A DNA stretch of 64,000 nt from a virus (taxonomy: Duplodnaviria; Heunggongvirae; Uroviricota; Caudoviricetes): IMG/VR virus record IMGVR_UViG_3300047483_000428, one strand, 5' to 3'. Under the pieces are notes generated by a model that was not told where the DNA came from, ran no database searches, and worked only from the letters and a program-made list of their open reading frames with translations. Shown here piece by piece: positions 44,457 through 54,542 of this stretch. Both the position numbers and the translations under genes were made by a program. Position 1 is the stretch's first letter. Each line of letters begins with the position of its first letter.

Positions 44457-44693
44457 TCATAAATCAACTGTTGTCGTTCTTTCGCTGTCATCTTCTATTC
44501 CTTCTTCTTGAATGATTTCTATCACACGCATAATCGCATGACGGGTCATGTGACATTCATCTTTATACCGTTGAATGATTTCATCCTTGGTCAGTGGAGA
44601 ATGCCTAAAGCCAACTTCAAGTGAGTTATATGTTGGGTTTTCTAAACAAGAAGCCCAATATTCAAGATTTATCAATACATCACTTGTTTTCAT
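44457..44693 (-). CDS. hypothetical protein
   Basis: 78 aa. Confidence 0.4.
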   Translation of the reverse strand: MKTSDVLINLEYWASCLENPTYNSLEVGFRHSPLTKDEIIQRYKDECHMTRHAIMRVIEIIQEEGIEDDSERTTTVDL

Positions 44694-44827
44694 TTGAATT
44701 TCCTTGATGAATGATAACCTTTCTCCGTTCTTTTACCAACTCTACGATACTATGCAAAGACGCTTCATCGTCTGTTGTGATGAAACGTCTCATAGCATCT
44801 TTGATTTGTGTGTTTATTCGGCGTAGG

Positions 44828-45211
44828 TCATTCGACACTTTTTGGTTTCCATAACTTGGCGAACTTCAACACATTCGGCAAAGGTTCATCATCACGATAA
44901 GGACATACTACCACGCAACTATCGCGTCCGTCAAGAGTTTTCTTTTCATGACCAAGATAAACATCTGGAAGTGCGGCAATCTTGTCAAACTCTTTTTGGC
45001 TTACTCTCACTACACATTTCTTGAATGAGTTTTCAAGCCAGTCAATATATTGCGGATACTTGTATGGCCCGTCATCTACAATACGGTCAAGGTCAGTATG
45101 ACACTTAGTGAAGTAAAGATGAGCACCAAGCATAGAATGAGCGACAAGAGTTGGCGTCATATAGTCTGGAAACTCATCCAGAACAGCGATATATAGTTTC
45201 ATTCGTCCCAA
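44828..45211 (-). CDS. hypothetical protein
   Basis: 127 aa. Confidence 0.45.
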   Translation of the reverse strand: MGRMKLYIAVLDEFPDYMTPTLVAHSMLGAHLYFTKCHTDLDRIVDDGPYKYPQYIDWLENSFKKCVVRVSQKEFDKIAALPDVYLGHEKKTLDGRDSCVVVCPYRDDEPLPNVLKFAKLWKPKSVE

Positions 45212-45359
45212 TCCACTAAGGTTTCCATAAGTTTATATAGCCCCATATCAGCAATATGCTGTTGAAATGCTTCTTCTGCCGTTTGTCCCCAATATAAAGA
45301 GGGAACAAGGTTTGGTGCTTGATGTTGCATCCACCAAGTTTTATATGCGGTATATGCTT

Positions 45360-45599
45360 TCATTCTTGCTTCCACCCTTGCTGCTTTTGGTATTCGGCAT
45401 GACCCAAGTTGATCAACATTTCAATAAACTTTGGATCAAACTGCATAGCGGGTTCAACCATATTGATCAGATTCCAACCATGACGATGATTGCACCTTCC
45501 AAGATAAAGGGCATAGCCTTTGCCATGCCTTTCAATCGTGTATTTGCCTTCACATTTACAAGGTTCAAAGAGTGCGGACAAGCTATTTACTTCGGTCAT
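45360..45599 (-). CDS. hypothetical protein
   Basis: 79 aa. Confidence 0.4.
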   Translation of the reverse strand: MTEVNSLSALFEPCKCEGKYTIERHGKGYALYLGRCNHRHGWNLINMVEPAMQFDPKFIEMLINLGHAEYQKQQGWKQE

Positions 45600-46408
45600 C
45601 CGCGATAGTCTCCTACTCCCAGTCCTTCCATTTCTTTCAATGAACGATAACCCGGCCTTACAGGCACTACTGTGAGATTGATCCAGCTTTCAATACCAAC
45701 GCCATCGTGTGCATCTTCAATTTTGATATGCAGAGCATTAGACCTTGCCCAAGCAGTGAGTTCATTCCAGATGTCTTGATGTGCAGCCTTGCCTTTTACA
45801 GCTTCCTGCACCCATTTCCTGCGGTCATAATCCTTGATTTTGATCAATGGAACTCTGCCATCAATAATAGAAGCAGTCAGAGTGGAAATCGTATCATCTT
45901 TGAGACGGGTTAGCGAAAGCCGTTCTTTGCGAATCTTTTCACGATCCGCGCTTGCTTGTTTTTCAAGCCCTTCAATTTTTGCTTTTTCAAGTTCATCAAG
46001 GGTAGCAGCCAGTTTTTGGCCAAGAGTTTGTGTCGTCATAGCAGTTGCAGTCTCCAAAAGTTTCACATCTTCTGGCGTAGTCCAGAAGATTCCACTACCA
46101 AGTGTTCCATTTGCTTTCAGCGGAGTAATCCAAAACACATGTTGGTCTGGGTGAACTTTCACCACTTGGCAAATAGTGCCAGCGGACGGACCCCATCCTT
46201 CTGCCATATCGCTGATTACTTCCACATTCATACCAACTTTGAACATCGTTTGTTTCCTTGGGTTTGGTTTGTTGAGTTCAATCAAAACGTTCACAAGGTA
46301 AGGATTTGGAACACATTCCCCCTTGTTGTGTCCCATCATAGATGATACTTGACCACAAGTCAAGCAGAAATATCCATGAGAAAGGCCATTCGGGCGAATG
46401 TGTTCCAT
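45596..46408 (-). CDS. hypothetical protein with N-terminal Cys/His cluster and coiled coil
   Basis: 270 aa. Confidence 0.45.
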   Translation of the reverse strand: MEHIRPNGLSHGYFCLTCGQVSSMMGHNKGECVPNPYLVNVLIELNKPNPRKQTMFKVGMNVEVISDMAEGWGPSAGTICQVVKVHPDQHVFWITPLKANGTLGSGIFWTTPEDVKLLETATAMTTQTLGQKLAATLDELEKAKIEGLEKQASADREKIRKERLSLTRLKDDTISTLTASIIDGRVPLIKIKDYDRRKWVQEAVKGKAAHQDIWNELTAWARSNALHIKIEDAHDGVGIESWINLTVVPVRPGYRSLKEMEGLGVGDYRG

Positions 46409-46413
46409 TTTAG

Positions 46414-47175
46414 TTACTCCGATTTAGGGCAAAACTTACCAAGTTGTGGGACTTCAAAGAAGCCATAACGGTTCATGATTTGTCGTGCTTCTTCAACAGT
46501 GCCGCGATGGTAGTATCCACCAGCAACCGATTGTTCCGTCATAACAACAGGAACCATGCCATACGGCAGTTCTACGAACTCTGCGGCAATACCGTCAAAC
46601 TTGTCTTGTGGAATGACCCAGACCGCTACAGCTTCTTCTTCGCCACCCCAAGGATTTTCAATTTTTTCCGCGTAGTAGTAGCAATCTTGTGGGGTCAGTT
46701 CTTTTTCTTTGACAATAAGGCTTTCTTTTTCCTTTTCGTCACTTTCAATTTTGGTAGCAAGTGCATCAAGAAAATCGTCAAGAGACAGGTTCATAAAGTC
46801 GTCAGAGAAATCAACACCAGTATCTTGTTCTTTTTCTGAAACTTCTTCTGCAAGTTCTTCAAGAAGGGTCAGTGCTTCGGAACCTTCTGCGAACTCGTCA
46901 TTATCTTCATCTTCATCTTCATCGTCATCATCTGCCACGTCATCATCTTCTTCGTCTTCATACGGATGGTAGTGTTCGGAAATCTCAAAATCAGCATTGT
47001 CATGAAGTTCCAAGTCTTCTTCCCGCCAGCCGATATCTTCATTCAGGTCAGTCAGTTTTTGAATACGGGCTTGACGTGCAGCAGCCGTTGAAAAGACCTC
47101 AATCGGTGAATAGAAGATATTGCAATCTTCACGGCTTCCATGGTCAACATCATAGATAAGAACGTATACAGTCAT
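46414..47175 (-). CDS. highly acidic protein (poly-Asp/Glu tract)
   Basis: Contains YEDEEDDDVADDDDEDEDEDNDEFAEG. Confidence 0.45.
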   Translation of the reverse strand: MTVYVLIYDVDHGSREDCNIFYSPIEVFSTAAARQARIQKLTDLNEDIGWREEDLELHDNADFEISEHYHPYEDEEDDDVADDDDEDEDEDNDEFAEGSEALTLLEELAEEVSEKEQDTGVDFSDDFMNLSLDDFLDALATKIESDEKEKESLIVKEKELTPQDCYYYAEKIENPWGGEEEAVAVWVIPQDKFDGIAAEFVELPYGMVPVVMTEQSVAGGYYHRGTVEEARQIMNRYGFFEVPQLGKFCPKSE

Positions 47176-47441
47176 TTTGCTTCGCTTTCCATTACAAAGA
47201 AGGTGGGTTCATAGTCAAGTTCAAATACAAAGTATCGTTTATTTCCTGATTCGTCAATAGCTATAATGCGTTCATCCGAATCTTTCATCCACTCCCAACC
47301 ATCGCGGTGACTATACAGATACTTACAAAAGTTAGTAATATCCCAATCAATCATCAAATCGGAAGTATCGATGATGTGACTAGGCTCCAAGTCACCATCA
47401 AAATCTTTGTATTCTTGTTCCAAATACAACTTATACTTCAT
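47172..47441 (-). CDS. hypothetical protein
   Basis: 89 aa. Confidence 0.4.
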   Translation of the reverse strand: MKYKLYLEQEYKDFDGDLEPSHIIDTSDLMIDWDITNFCKYLYSHRDGWEWMKDSDERIIAIDESGNKRYFVFELDYEPTFFVMESEAK

Positions 47442-48151
47442 TAGTAGTCTCGCTTTCCATAAGTGAACTTTTTGATCGAACCAGTGATGCTCACATCATC
47501 AACAAGCAACTCATGAGACAATGCAGCAGCAAGGCCAGGCCAATCATCTGCAAACATGTTGCACTCATAGCTATAGGTATTATTGGTGCCACCACCACCA
47601 GTGCCAGTGTGAATACCAGTTCCACGGAACGTATCAGAACCAAACCCAAGATCATGGCTGGTTTGGAATGAGATACGCCCTTTCCAACCGGGGTAATAGC
47701 GAGGAACCCCCTCTTTGTCTCCGTTCCCGCACCAGTTGGTTTTCTTCCCACGTGGCGCAGAATGTGAATTGGAAACTTGTTGGCTGTAAGTCAAATCCAA
47801 ATAATGGATTTTGATCCAATATTCTGAGCGAATGTGAGCACGACGAGTTGCCCAACCAGTATGACCATGTTGAATTAGATTGTCAAAGAAAAACTCTGGA
47901 CTGGTTTCAATCCAATCAATAATGTCTTTGAATGTCGGCTGATTGTAGAAAGTAGCAAATTTACGCTGATGAATGTTTTGACGCGCCCGCTTATGCATAC
48001 GGTTTTCGCGAAGGTCTTTCAAATGTTTGAGGTATGCCTTCTTGGTCGCAAACAACTCGCTTGTCCAAGGGCATTGATATACTTTTGAGATTTTTGCTTC
48101 GCTCACTGGAATCATCTTTCCATTTGCTTTGTATGCTTGAATCGCGGGCAT
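47441..48151 (-). CDS. hypothetical protein with Gly-rich C-terminal region
   Basis: 236 aa. Confidence 0.45.
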   Translation of the reverse strand: MPAIQAYKANGKMIPVSEAKISKVYQCPWTSELFATKKAYLKHLKDLRENRMHKRARQNIHQRKFATFYNQPTFKDIIDWIETSPEFFFDNLIQHGHTGWATRRAHIRSEYWIKIHYLDLTYSQQVSNSHSAPRGKKTNWCGNGDKEGVPRYYPGWKGRISFQTSHDLGFGSDTFRGTGIHTGTGGGGTNNTYSYECNMFADDWPGLAAALSHELLVDDVSITGSIKKFTYGKRDY

Positions 48152-48204
48152 TTTAGTTTCCTATTGTTTCATCACAACAGTTATGCCACAGAATGGCATA
48201 ACTG

Positions 48205-48552
48205 TCAAGAACCTTTTTTCTTATCCCAATAATCTTTTGGCATATTTGTCCATTGCGTTGACCAGTAGAACACAATGAAATACAGGTTCAGTTGCGCGTG
48301 TGGGCAGTCATACCAAAACTTGTGAAGTCCAAAGTTTTCAAAACCCCAAATCTTACGCATCCAAGAGTCGTCTTTGAACTCTCGCATTGCTTGACGCATT
48401 TCTTTGTCAACCAGTCCAACCTTGAAATAGCACCCATACCAATCGGACCCAAGAGTCTTTTCGGTTTGATACCACTCAACGCCGAGTTCTCCCTTCCAAC
48501 AAAGTTTGAACTTCCACGGGTATTGTTTTACTTTTTCCATATCAGTCCCCAC
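48205..48552 (-). CDS. hypothetical Trp-rich protein
   Basis: 115 aa. Confidence 0.4.
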   Translation of the reverse strand: MGTDMEKVKQYPWKFKLCWKGELGVEWYQTEKTLGSDWYGCYFKVGLVDKEMRQAMREFKDDSWMRKIWGFENFGLHKFWYDCPHAQLNLYFIVFYWSTQWTNMPKDYWDKKKGS

Positions 48553-49552
48553 CTTTCAGAAGGAACTGATTGCTGATTGTCTTGAAGCTGAAACTTGGGT
48601 CTTCGTTGCACTTCCACACAAGACCTTCACGAACCTTATGGGCGATACTTGGACCTTCGGCAATAGCAAGACCTTGTTCAACCGAAGCAGGGGATTTCCA
48701 GTCATTACCAAGAACAGGAGCATGGTCAAAGTATTTTGCATTGCAGACCATGCGCCGAGTCTTTGGTTCTAGGTATTCATGCTTCTGAATGTCGAAGACG
48801 TCGAACACGAAGAACTTGTGTTCAGTGAACCCTTCGCGGTTTCCTTGAATACCTGGGCCCATGACTTCACCTTGAACAGCGTAACCGTTCGGAATGCGAT
48901 CACCGATCTTGAGAGCCATTGCAACAAGGGTGTTGTCTCGGTTCTCGTCATTGATCTTGAGTTCAAGGTTCCTACTGCAAACGCGAACTTCGCCTTCCCA
49001 ACGGAAGATAGTGCAACTGGTTCCGTCCAGTTTCATAGTTACTTCGTAAGTAACATCACCCTTATCCTGAATCTCTTGGAAACAGTTTTGGATACGTTCT
49101 TGGTCAGTTTTAGGAATCAGGCTGGTAGGAAACAGACCGCGAACTTGACCAGCAAGTTGAGCAGGGATTTCTGGTTCCCACTTTTGAATACCAAGGATTT
49201 CGGTTACATCAACTCCTTCTTCTGGAAGAGTAAAGAACAGTTTTCCTTTCACACCTTCCGCATCAAGTTTCAAAAGAAGACCTTGTGAAACTTGCCCACG
49301 CAGTTTGACAGTGCGAAGCCGTTCACCTTTCACCCCATTGTATTCACGAGGTTCTTGTCCTTTTGACAGGAACGCAGCAAGTTCAGTTGGCACCCAAGAG
49401 TCGATTTCAAGGTAAACGGCAAGGTCACCAACTTGAAACTCGTCTTTCTTGACCACAACTTTCCAGCCATCAACTGTGGCCACAACAATAGCATCAGCAC
49501 CTTCAATGGGCTGAATGTCGGCAATCCGACGAATAGAGGCTAGTTTACGCAT
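48542..49552 (-). CDS. ATP-dependent RNA ligase (nucleotidyltransferase superfamily)
   Basis: Motif I KxDG as KLDGTSCTIF. Start placed at MRKLASIRR (ATGA-coupled to the upstream ORF). Confidence 0.5.
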   Translation of the reverse strand: MRKLASIRRIADIQPIEGADAIVVATVDGWKVVVKKDEFQVGDLAVYLEIDSWVPTELAAFLSKGQEPREYNGVKGERLRTVKLRGQVSQGLLLKLDAEGVKGKLFFTLPEEGVDVTEILGIQKWEPEIPAQLAGQVRGLFPTSLIPKTDQERIQNCFQEIQDKGDVTYEVTMKLDGTSCTIFRWEGEVRVCSRNLELKINDENRDNTLVAMALKIGDRIPNGYAVQGEVMGPGIQGNREGFTEHKFFVFDVFDIQKHEYLEPKTRRMVCNAKYFDHAPVLGNDWKSPASVEQGLAIAEGPSIAHKVREGLVWKCNEDPSFSFKTISNQFLLKGGD

Positions 49553-49911
49553 TATTTTTTCTCCCGAATAAAGGCAGTGAGTGGAGTTCCGTATCCACAT
49601 TGTAAGTCCGAATGAAGATTTCCACCGTTGATGGAGTCTGTCAGATAGTCCATTTCAGTATAGCCATACCGATCAATGCCATTGCCAATCCCAACGTATT
49701 CACCGTCAGCATCAAAGGCAGAGTATCCGTAACTGTCAAAACCTTCACTGTCGTAGTCGCCAAACATGGTTTTTTCATCATATTCGATTCCATCTTCATA
49801 GACTTCTTGATTCCATTCTGCGGGGACTTCGCCATAGCAGTTGTATTTGAACATTTCCCATCCGCTTTCATTGGCGTGAGGGCAGAGAGGTGAATATTTT
49901 CCAGTGCTCAT
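49552..49911 (-). CDS. hypothetical acidic protein
   Basis: 119 aa. Confidence 0.4.
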   Translation of the reverse strand: MSTGKYSPLCPHANESGWEMFKYNCYGEVPAEWNQEVYEDGIEYDEKTMFGDYDSEGFDSYGYSAFDADGEYVGIGNGIDRYGYTEMDYLTDSINGGNLHSDLQCGYGTPLTAFIREKK

Positions 49912-49922
49912 TTTGTATTCCT

Positions 49923-50150
49923 TCAGATTTCGCCGTTCAGACCGACATAGACCGCAATGGTTTTGATGTCATGTTCACGAAAGCCTTCCATCGCAAGACA
50001 GTTGCGAAGATATTTCAACAGTCGTTCTTCGTCCGCTTTGATTTGCGGCATCTGATTTTCAAGCATATTCCAAATGGAAAACGACTTCCAAGGTTTCAGA
50101 AACCCCGAAGTGAAGCTATTGCAGAACGACTCAAAACGACGATAGTCCAT
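49923..50150 (-). CDS. hypothetical protein
   Basis: 75 aa; promoter motif at 50176..50206. Confidence 0.4.
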   Translation of the reverse strand: MDYRRFESFCNSFTSGFLKPWKSFSIWNMLENQMPQIKADEERLLKYLRNCLAMEGFREHDIKTIAVYVGLNGEI

Positions 50151-50175
50151 ATCATCACCTCTCTTGGTTACATAT

Positions 50176-50206
50176 TATGTATACAGTGATTCGTCAGGAA
50201 TGTCAA
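50176..50206 (-). promoter_or_regulatory. promoter-like motif copy
   Basis: Plus strand reads ttatgtatacagtgattcgtcaggaatgtcaa. Confidence 0.5.
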
Positions 50207-50754
50207 GAGTATGATTTCAAAAAGTTGCGAACATATTCATCGGAAGCATCGCCCATATCTTTGCCTTCGTCCATCACATGATGCTGATTGCCAAATTTAG
50301 CAAGTTTGCGGCCAGCAGCATCATTATCACATACACAAATGACGGGACGATTCTTTCTCGCCACCCATAACCAACGAGCCACAGAACTGTCCAGATCATT
50401 AGAAAGGGTGGCAATAGCAGAATAGCCATAAGAAGTAAGTCGAGCAGCATCAAAAACACCTTCTGTTACAAACAATACGTTTGAGAATGACCAAGATTCA
50501 AGACCCCAAACCCCGACCACTTTATCTTTTCGCCAAGTGAAATATCGACCATCTTTGGGATGGTTGAATGCTTTTTTGTCACCAGCAGGGCGATATTGCT
50601 GATAGCCAACCATTTGACCAGAAAGGTTCCACAATGGAAAAGTGGCAACGCCTTCTTCTTCATCCACCCAAGCAGTGTGAACGTTCAAGTCAAAGTGTCT
50701 GGACTTCAAGTTTTCAAGAACGGTCACATTATTACTCCTTCTTATCAAAAGCAA
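50203..50754 (-). CDS. Toprim-domain protein (primase/topoisomerase-like fold)
   Basis: Contains VTEGVFDAARL...ICVCDNDAAGRKLA, the Toprim conserved Glu and DxD. Confidence 0.45.
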   Translation of the reverse strand: MLLIRRSNNVTVLENLKSRHFDLNVHTAWVDEEEGVATFPLWNLSGQMVGYQQYRPAGDKKAFNHPKDGRYFTWRKDKVVGVWGLESWSFSNVLFVTEGVFDAARLTSYGYSAIATLSNDLDSSVARWLWVARKNRPVICVCDNDAAGRKLAKFGNQHHVMDEGKDMGDASDEYVRNFLKSYS

Positions 50755-50784
50755 TATACGACGATTCGTGTAGAATGTAAAGAC

Positions 50785-50970
50785 TTATTTTTGTTGGTCA
50801 ATCATTTCTTTACGCCAATCGGCATAAAAAATGAAACTCAAGTATCCAAGAACAATCATGGCAGAATACCACAAAAAGTCTACGGTTGTGGCAGCAGCGA
50901 GTGTCATCATAAGACTAGCAGACATTCCATCTGCAATCCACAAACAAACAAAGTAATCATACCACTTCAT
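50785..50970 (-). CDS. hypothetical small membrane protein
   Basis: 61 aa with two TMs. Confidence 0.35.
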   Translation of the reverse strand: MKWYDYFVCLWIADGMSASLMMTLAAATTVDFLWYSAMIVLGYLSFIFYADWRKEMIDQQK

Positions 50971-51443
50971 TATTCATCCTTTGCGGTTTGTTTCAATTCT
51001 GGTAGCCAAGTTTCATAATCGTTTAGAAACTTTATGAGTCCATCTGGTGAATCAGCATAGATTGGCGCAGCTTCGATAATTTTCGTAAGAGCATCAACCT
51101 TGCGCTGCAAGATGTTCCGTTGAATAATTGCGTTTGCAACATGGTCATCAATAAACGCAGCAAGAGGAACATTTTGTGAGTTGAGCATATCCCGAATGGT
51201 TGAACACACCGCACCTTCCATTCCATCGTTTTCATGATACTTGGCTATGGCTTCATCCCGTTCATACACTAACGATGTAATCGCTATCGCAGCTTCTTTT
51301 TGAATAGGTGGAGTTTCAAACGTGCGAACAAACTCACTGGGGTTGTCTGGTTCTTCTCCACCGGCGGGACCAAGACCGTCTGTGATAGGAATACGATACT
51401 GGCCAAGTAGACGTTGAACCAGACTTGTGTGTTCGTGTGTCAT
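50970..51443 (-). CDS. hypothetical protein
   Basis: 157 aa. Confidence 0.45.
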   Translation of the reverse strand: MTHEHTSLVQRLLGQYRIPITDGLGPAGGEEPDNPSEFVRTFETPPIQKEAAIAITSLVYERDEAIAKYHENDGMEGAVCSTIRDMLNSQNVPLAAFIDDHVANAIIQRNILQRKVDALTKIIEAAPIYADSPDGLIKFLNDYETWLPELKQTAKDE

Positions 51444-51444
51444 A

Positions 51445-51843
51445 TTAGTTATCCCTTATAAACATATCTTTTGCAATTCGTTCCAATGAAAGGTATTCTT
51501 TTTCTGTCATGCCGTTCATATATGAGTTGTAGCGTCTCTTCTCAAGTCCATCTATATATTTTTTGAACCGATAGATATTATAACGTGATGCTCTTCCCAC
51601 AATTGGGGTGTCTCGCAGATTGGTGTAAGAGTATGGGTATGTTCCAATCCATACCGCCACATCCCCATACCTGACCGTATACGTTCCTGTATATTCTCCT
51701 TCTACATTTCTATCCAAGATGTCTTGAATGAAATTGTCAATGTTGCGATTGTAGGGAGCAGACAAGGCCCAAAATGCAGGACGAAGAATGACAGTTGAGT
51801 AAAAAAGTATTCTACTCAACTTATTTTTTGTGCTTTGGTTCAT
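51445..51843 (-). CDS. hypothetical protein
   Basis: 132 aa. Confidence 0.4.
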   Translation of the reverse strand: MNQSTKNKLSRILFYSTVILRPAFWALSAPYNRNIDNFIQDILDRNVEGEYTGTYTVRYGDVAVWIGTYPYSYTNLRDTPIVGRASRYNIYRFKKYIDGLEKRRYNSYMNGMTEKEYLSLERIAKDMFIRDN

Positions 51844-51853
51844 TTATTTTCAC

Positions 51854-52255
51854 CTACCGATGCAGAGAGAACTGTTTCATATATTCGGCTTCTTCTTCGG
51901 TGTAAACAAACACCCAAGCACAAGTAACTTCACAGCTTACAAAAACATCACCATAAAAGTTACGCCAAGGGTAGGTAGGATCAACCGTCATCCCACTGTT
52001 TGGAATGACACTGGTGATTTGATTGATGACATCCAGAGGTTCATGCAGAACCAGTGTGACGCCAAAAGACCGATCTTCTTTCCATTGTGCAACCGCATTG
52101 AATAGTGCAGCAGTTTTGAAATCCAAGGGCGCAAGTTTCGACGATTCCACAAATTCGTCAAAGTCAGATTGCGCGTGTGCAGCTTGCGCCATAGCCTTGC
52201 CAGGATTCATGTCCTGAATGTCTTTGCGCATGATAATATACAGTTTCGGTTCCAT
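51854..52255 (-). CDS. hypothetical protein
   Basis: 133 aa. Confidence 0.45.
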   Translation of the reverse strand: MEPKLYIIMRKDIQDMNPGKAMAQAAHAQSDFDEFVESSKLAPLDFKTAALFNAVAQWKEDRSFGVTLVLHEPLDVINQITSVIPNSGMTVDPTYPWRNFYGDVFVSCEVTCAWVFVYTEEEAEYMKQFSLHR

Positions 52256-52257
52256 TT

Positions 52258-52533
52258 TTACTCCATTGTGAACAACATCATTGCCTTATCTATATCAGAC
52301 AATGTGCAGTATGTCAACCATTCTTTGAAGGACATATCACATCCCTCTACATAGAAAAAGAAAACGCCATCCCGAATAATAGCAGGACCATTCGTGTTAT
52401 GGAGTTTTCCATTTTTTAGATACATTGTTCCAAGCGTTACATCAACCCTCTTGGTTTCACCTTCGGTTACGGTAATAACCCTACTGCAAGTGTAGTTGTC
52501 AATTGTGATGGATGTATTCTTAGCCCTTTCCAT
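52258..52533 (-). CDS. hypothetical protein
   Basis: 91 aa. Confidence 0.4.
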   Translation of the reverse strand: MERAKNTSITIDNYTCSRVITVTEGETKRVDVTLGTMYLKNGKLHNTNGPAIIRDGVFFFYVEGCDMSFKEWLTYCTLSDIDKAMMLFTME

Positions 52534-53215
52534 AGATATTCTCGTCGGTGATTTCCAAATTGTTCAAATCCACATCAACGTAGTCAAGTTCTCCAAGGCA
52601 CATAAAAACTGTATTTCCATACTGGTGACGCATTGTATGATGCCAATGTCCGAAAAACCAAAAATCAGGCCGATGAATATCAAGCATCGCATCAAATGCT
52701 TGGGCGGTTCTCGTTTTATATTCTACGCCCTTGATAATTCCAGTATTGAAAAACATTTCGCGTGAGATTTTTTGCGGGCAATCATGTGTAATCATGATGC
52801 TTGGTTTTACAAACGAATACAGTTCAATAAATCGTTGGAACTGCTCATCGGAACATTGTTCATCTGCCCACCAATCCACATCCTCTGTGCGATGATACCA
52901 ACCGGGCGCACCATCTGGTCCATCAATACTCCACGCCCCGCCAACAAACATCACATCGTTTTCAACAGTTCCATCAGGAATCCATCCAACCATTTCAGAC
53001 CTACACATAGAAGGCTTGTCGTGGTTTCCACGAATAAATCGGTGTTTCCCATCTTTGTGAAAGTCATTCACACTTTCAACCCAGTAGTCGCTTTGGCCAA
53101 ATCCAATACCAAAGTCGCCAACTTGAATAGTGGGACCATCAAAGTCTCCAATGGAATATGCCTTGTAATCATTCACCATTCCGTGAATGTCGCCAATAAG
53201 TCTTGTCAATGTCAT
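52520..53215 (-). CDS. calcineurin-like metallophosphoesterase (second copy)
   Basis: Motifs GDIHG, GDFG, GNHD and GHWHH. Confidence 0.75.
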   Translation of the reverse strand: MTLTRLIGDIHGMVNDYKAYSIGDFDGPTIQVGDFGIGFGQSDYWVESVNDFHKDGKHRFIRGNHDKPSMCRSEMVGWIPDGTVENDVMFVGGAWSIDGPDGAPGWYHRTEDVDWWADEQCSDEQFQRFIELYSFVKPSIMITHDCPQKISREMFFNTGIIKGVEYKTRTAQAFDAMLDIHRPDFWFFGHWHHTMRHQYGNTVFMCLGELDYVDVDLNNLEITDENIYGKG

Positions 53216-53391
53216 TGTGATACTTCCTCCAAGAAACTTTCAATGTCTTCTTTTAGGCAATATCCATCGCAGTCAGTGCCATCATAAAATGCAGTGGCAC
53301 TGAGCACGTCAAGCACATAAGGGCTTTTGTCGCATTTGTTGAGTAGTTCCAGTGCTGCTTTCAGAAGCACAACGGCGCGATCTTCTTCCAT
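53215..53391 (-). CDS. hypothetical small acidic protein (58 aa)
   Basis: Hand translation gives MEEDRAVVLLKAALELLNKCDKSPYVLDVLSATAFYDGTDCDGYCLKEDIESFLEEVSQ. It has a GGAG RBS and is ATGA-coupled to the phosphoesterase gene. Confidence 0.3.
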
Positions 53392-53466
53392 AAGAAAACT
53401 CCAGTTAGGTTACGGCTACATAATAGCATCTAACTGGAGTCTTGTCAAGTAAAAGTATTTTTATTT

Positions 53467-54531
53467 TTATGGTGTGGGGTTACTTGGTGGTGTCGCATTA
53501 GCCGAGTTGGCGTCAGCTTCGTCCAACACTCTGTTGAATTCTCGTAAACGCTTTATAACAGACTGGAAATCAACAATCGTTGTCCAACGGTCAATGAAGT
53601 ATGTAAGCGCACTTTCAACTCGTCCAAACGCATTTAGAACTTGTATGAGAACACCAAATGTAACCAACTGTGCGAAATAGCTTGGTGCCAGCACAACAAG
53701 AGCCACGTTTCCTGCTATCATACCAAATGCGGTTTGCCATACACCAAATCCCATATACCAGTTGAACAAACGATAATAGTTACGTTTGATTGAAGCAAAC
53801 ATAGGGAATAGGTCTGCGGTCAAACGATGGTTGAAATCATCTTCGGAATGAACTAACTTCTTTCTAAACTGTGCTTCTACCACTTGGTTGTTATATTCTA
53901 ACCCAGGAAGTTTTATACCCAACAAGAATGACAGCAATGTTCCGCCCAAGGACATGGTAAGAGCAACCCACACCAAGAACCCAGGAATTATTTGGTCGCC
54001 CCACACTGGCAGTCCTTCGCTCAGATTCCACAAAACTGGCAAGAAAGCTGCAAGAACAAAAATCTTATTCACAAATCCAGCAAATAGACCTTGTAGTGTT
54101 TTTCCAAAGACCATCAAGTCTTCTTGTATACGCTGTGAGCCACCTTCAATCTTTGCCGTTGATTTTTCCCAACGCTTTAGATAATACATCGTGTTTGCTT
54201 CTCTCCATGCAAACGTGTAACGCTGTGTTTGCCACGTTGAATAAACTGCGATTGGAGTGTATAGCACAATGATTTCCAAGAAACTGGGAACAATCATTTC
54301 GGAGTCGATTCTTAGCATTAGAAAGTCAAAAAATCTTCCTGTATCCCAACCCCATAACAATTCCCAAAAGGTTTCCTCTTGTAGCGTTTGTATGGCATCA
54401 TAGAACTCTCTGTTCCACGCATTATAATATACGAGAATTTCAACGCTATACCAACCAACGAATAGCAACCATGCTAACATTAGCCAAGAATATAACGCGG
54501 TTTCTCTGTTCCAAAAGAAACTTTTTAGCAT
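53467..54531 (-). CDS. polytopic inner-membrane protein (at least 6 TM), transporter-like
   Basis: 354 aa with multiple hydrophobic helices and a C-terminal Pro/Ser/Asn-rich tail; first gene of the membrane module. Confidence 0.5.
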   Translation of the reverse strand: MLKSFFWNRETALYSWLMLAWLLFVGWYSVEILVYYNAWNREFYDAIQTLQEETFWELLWGWDTGRFFDFLMLRIDSEMIVPSFLEIIVLYTPIAVYSTWQTQRYTFAWREANTMYYLKRWEKSTAKIEGGSQRIQEDLMVFGKTLQGLFAGFVNKIFVLAAFLPVLWNLSEGLPVWGDQIIPGFLVWVALTMSLGGTLLSFLLGIKLPGLEYNNQVVEAQFRKKLVHSEDDFNHRLTADLFPMFASIKRNYYRLFNWYMGFGVWQTAFGMIAGNVALVVLAPSYFAQLVTFGVLIQVLNAFGRVESALTYFIDRWTTIVDFQSVIKRLREFNRVLDEADANSANATPPSNPTP

Positions 54532-54542
54532 TTTTTATCTCC

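Noticed and set aside
46709-46972. 87-aa poly-Ser plus-strand ORF
   Set aside because: It is the reverse-complement reading of the poly-Asp/Glu tract (GAT/GAA repeats read as ATC/TTC on the other strand), hence an artefact.
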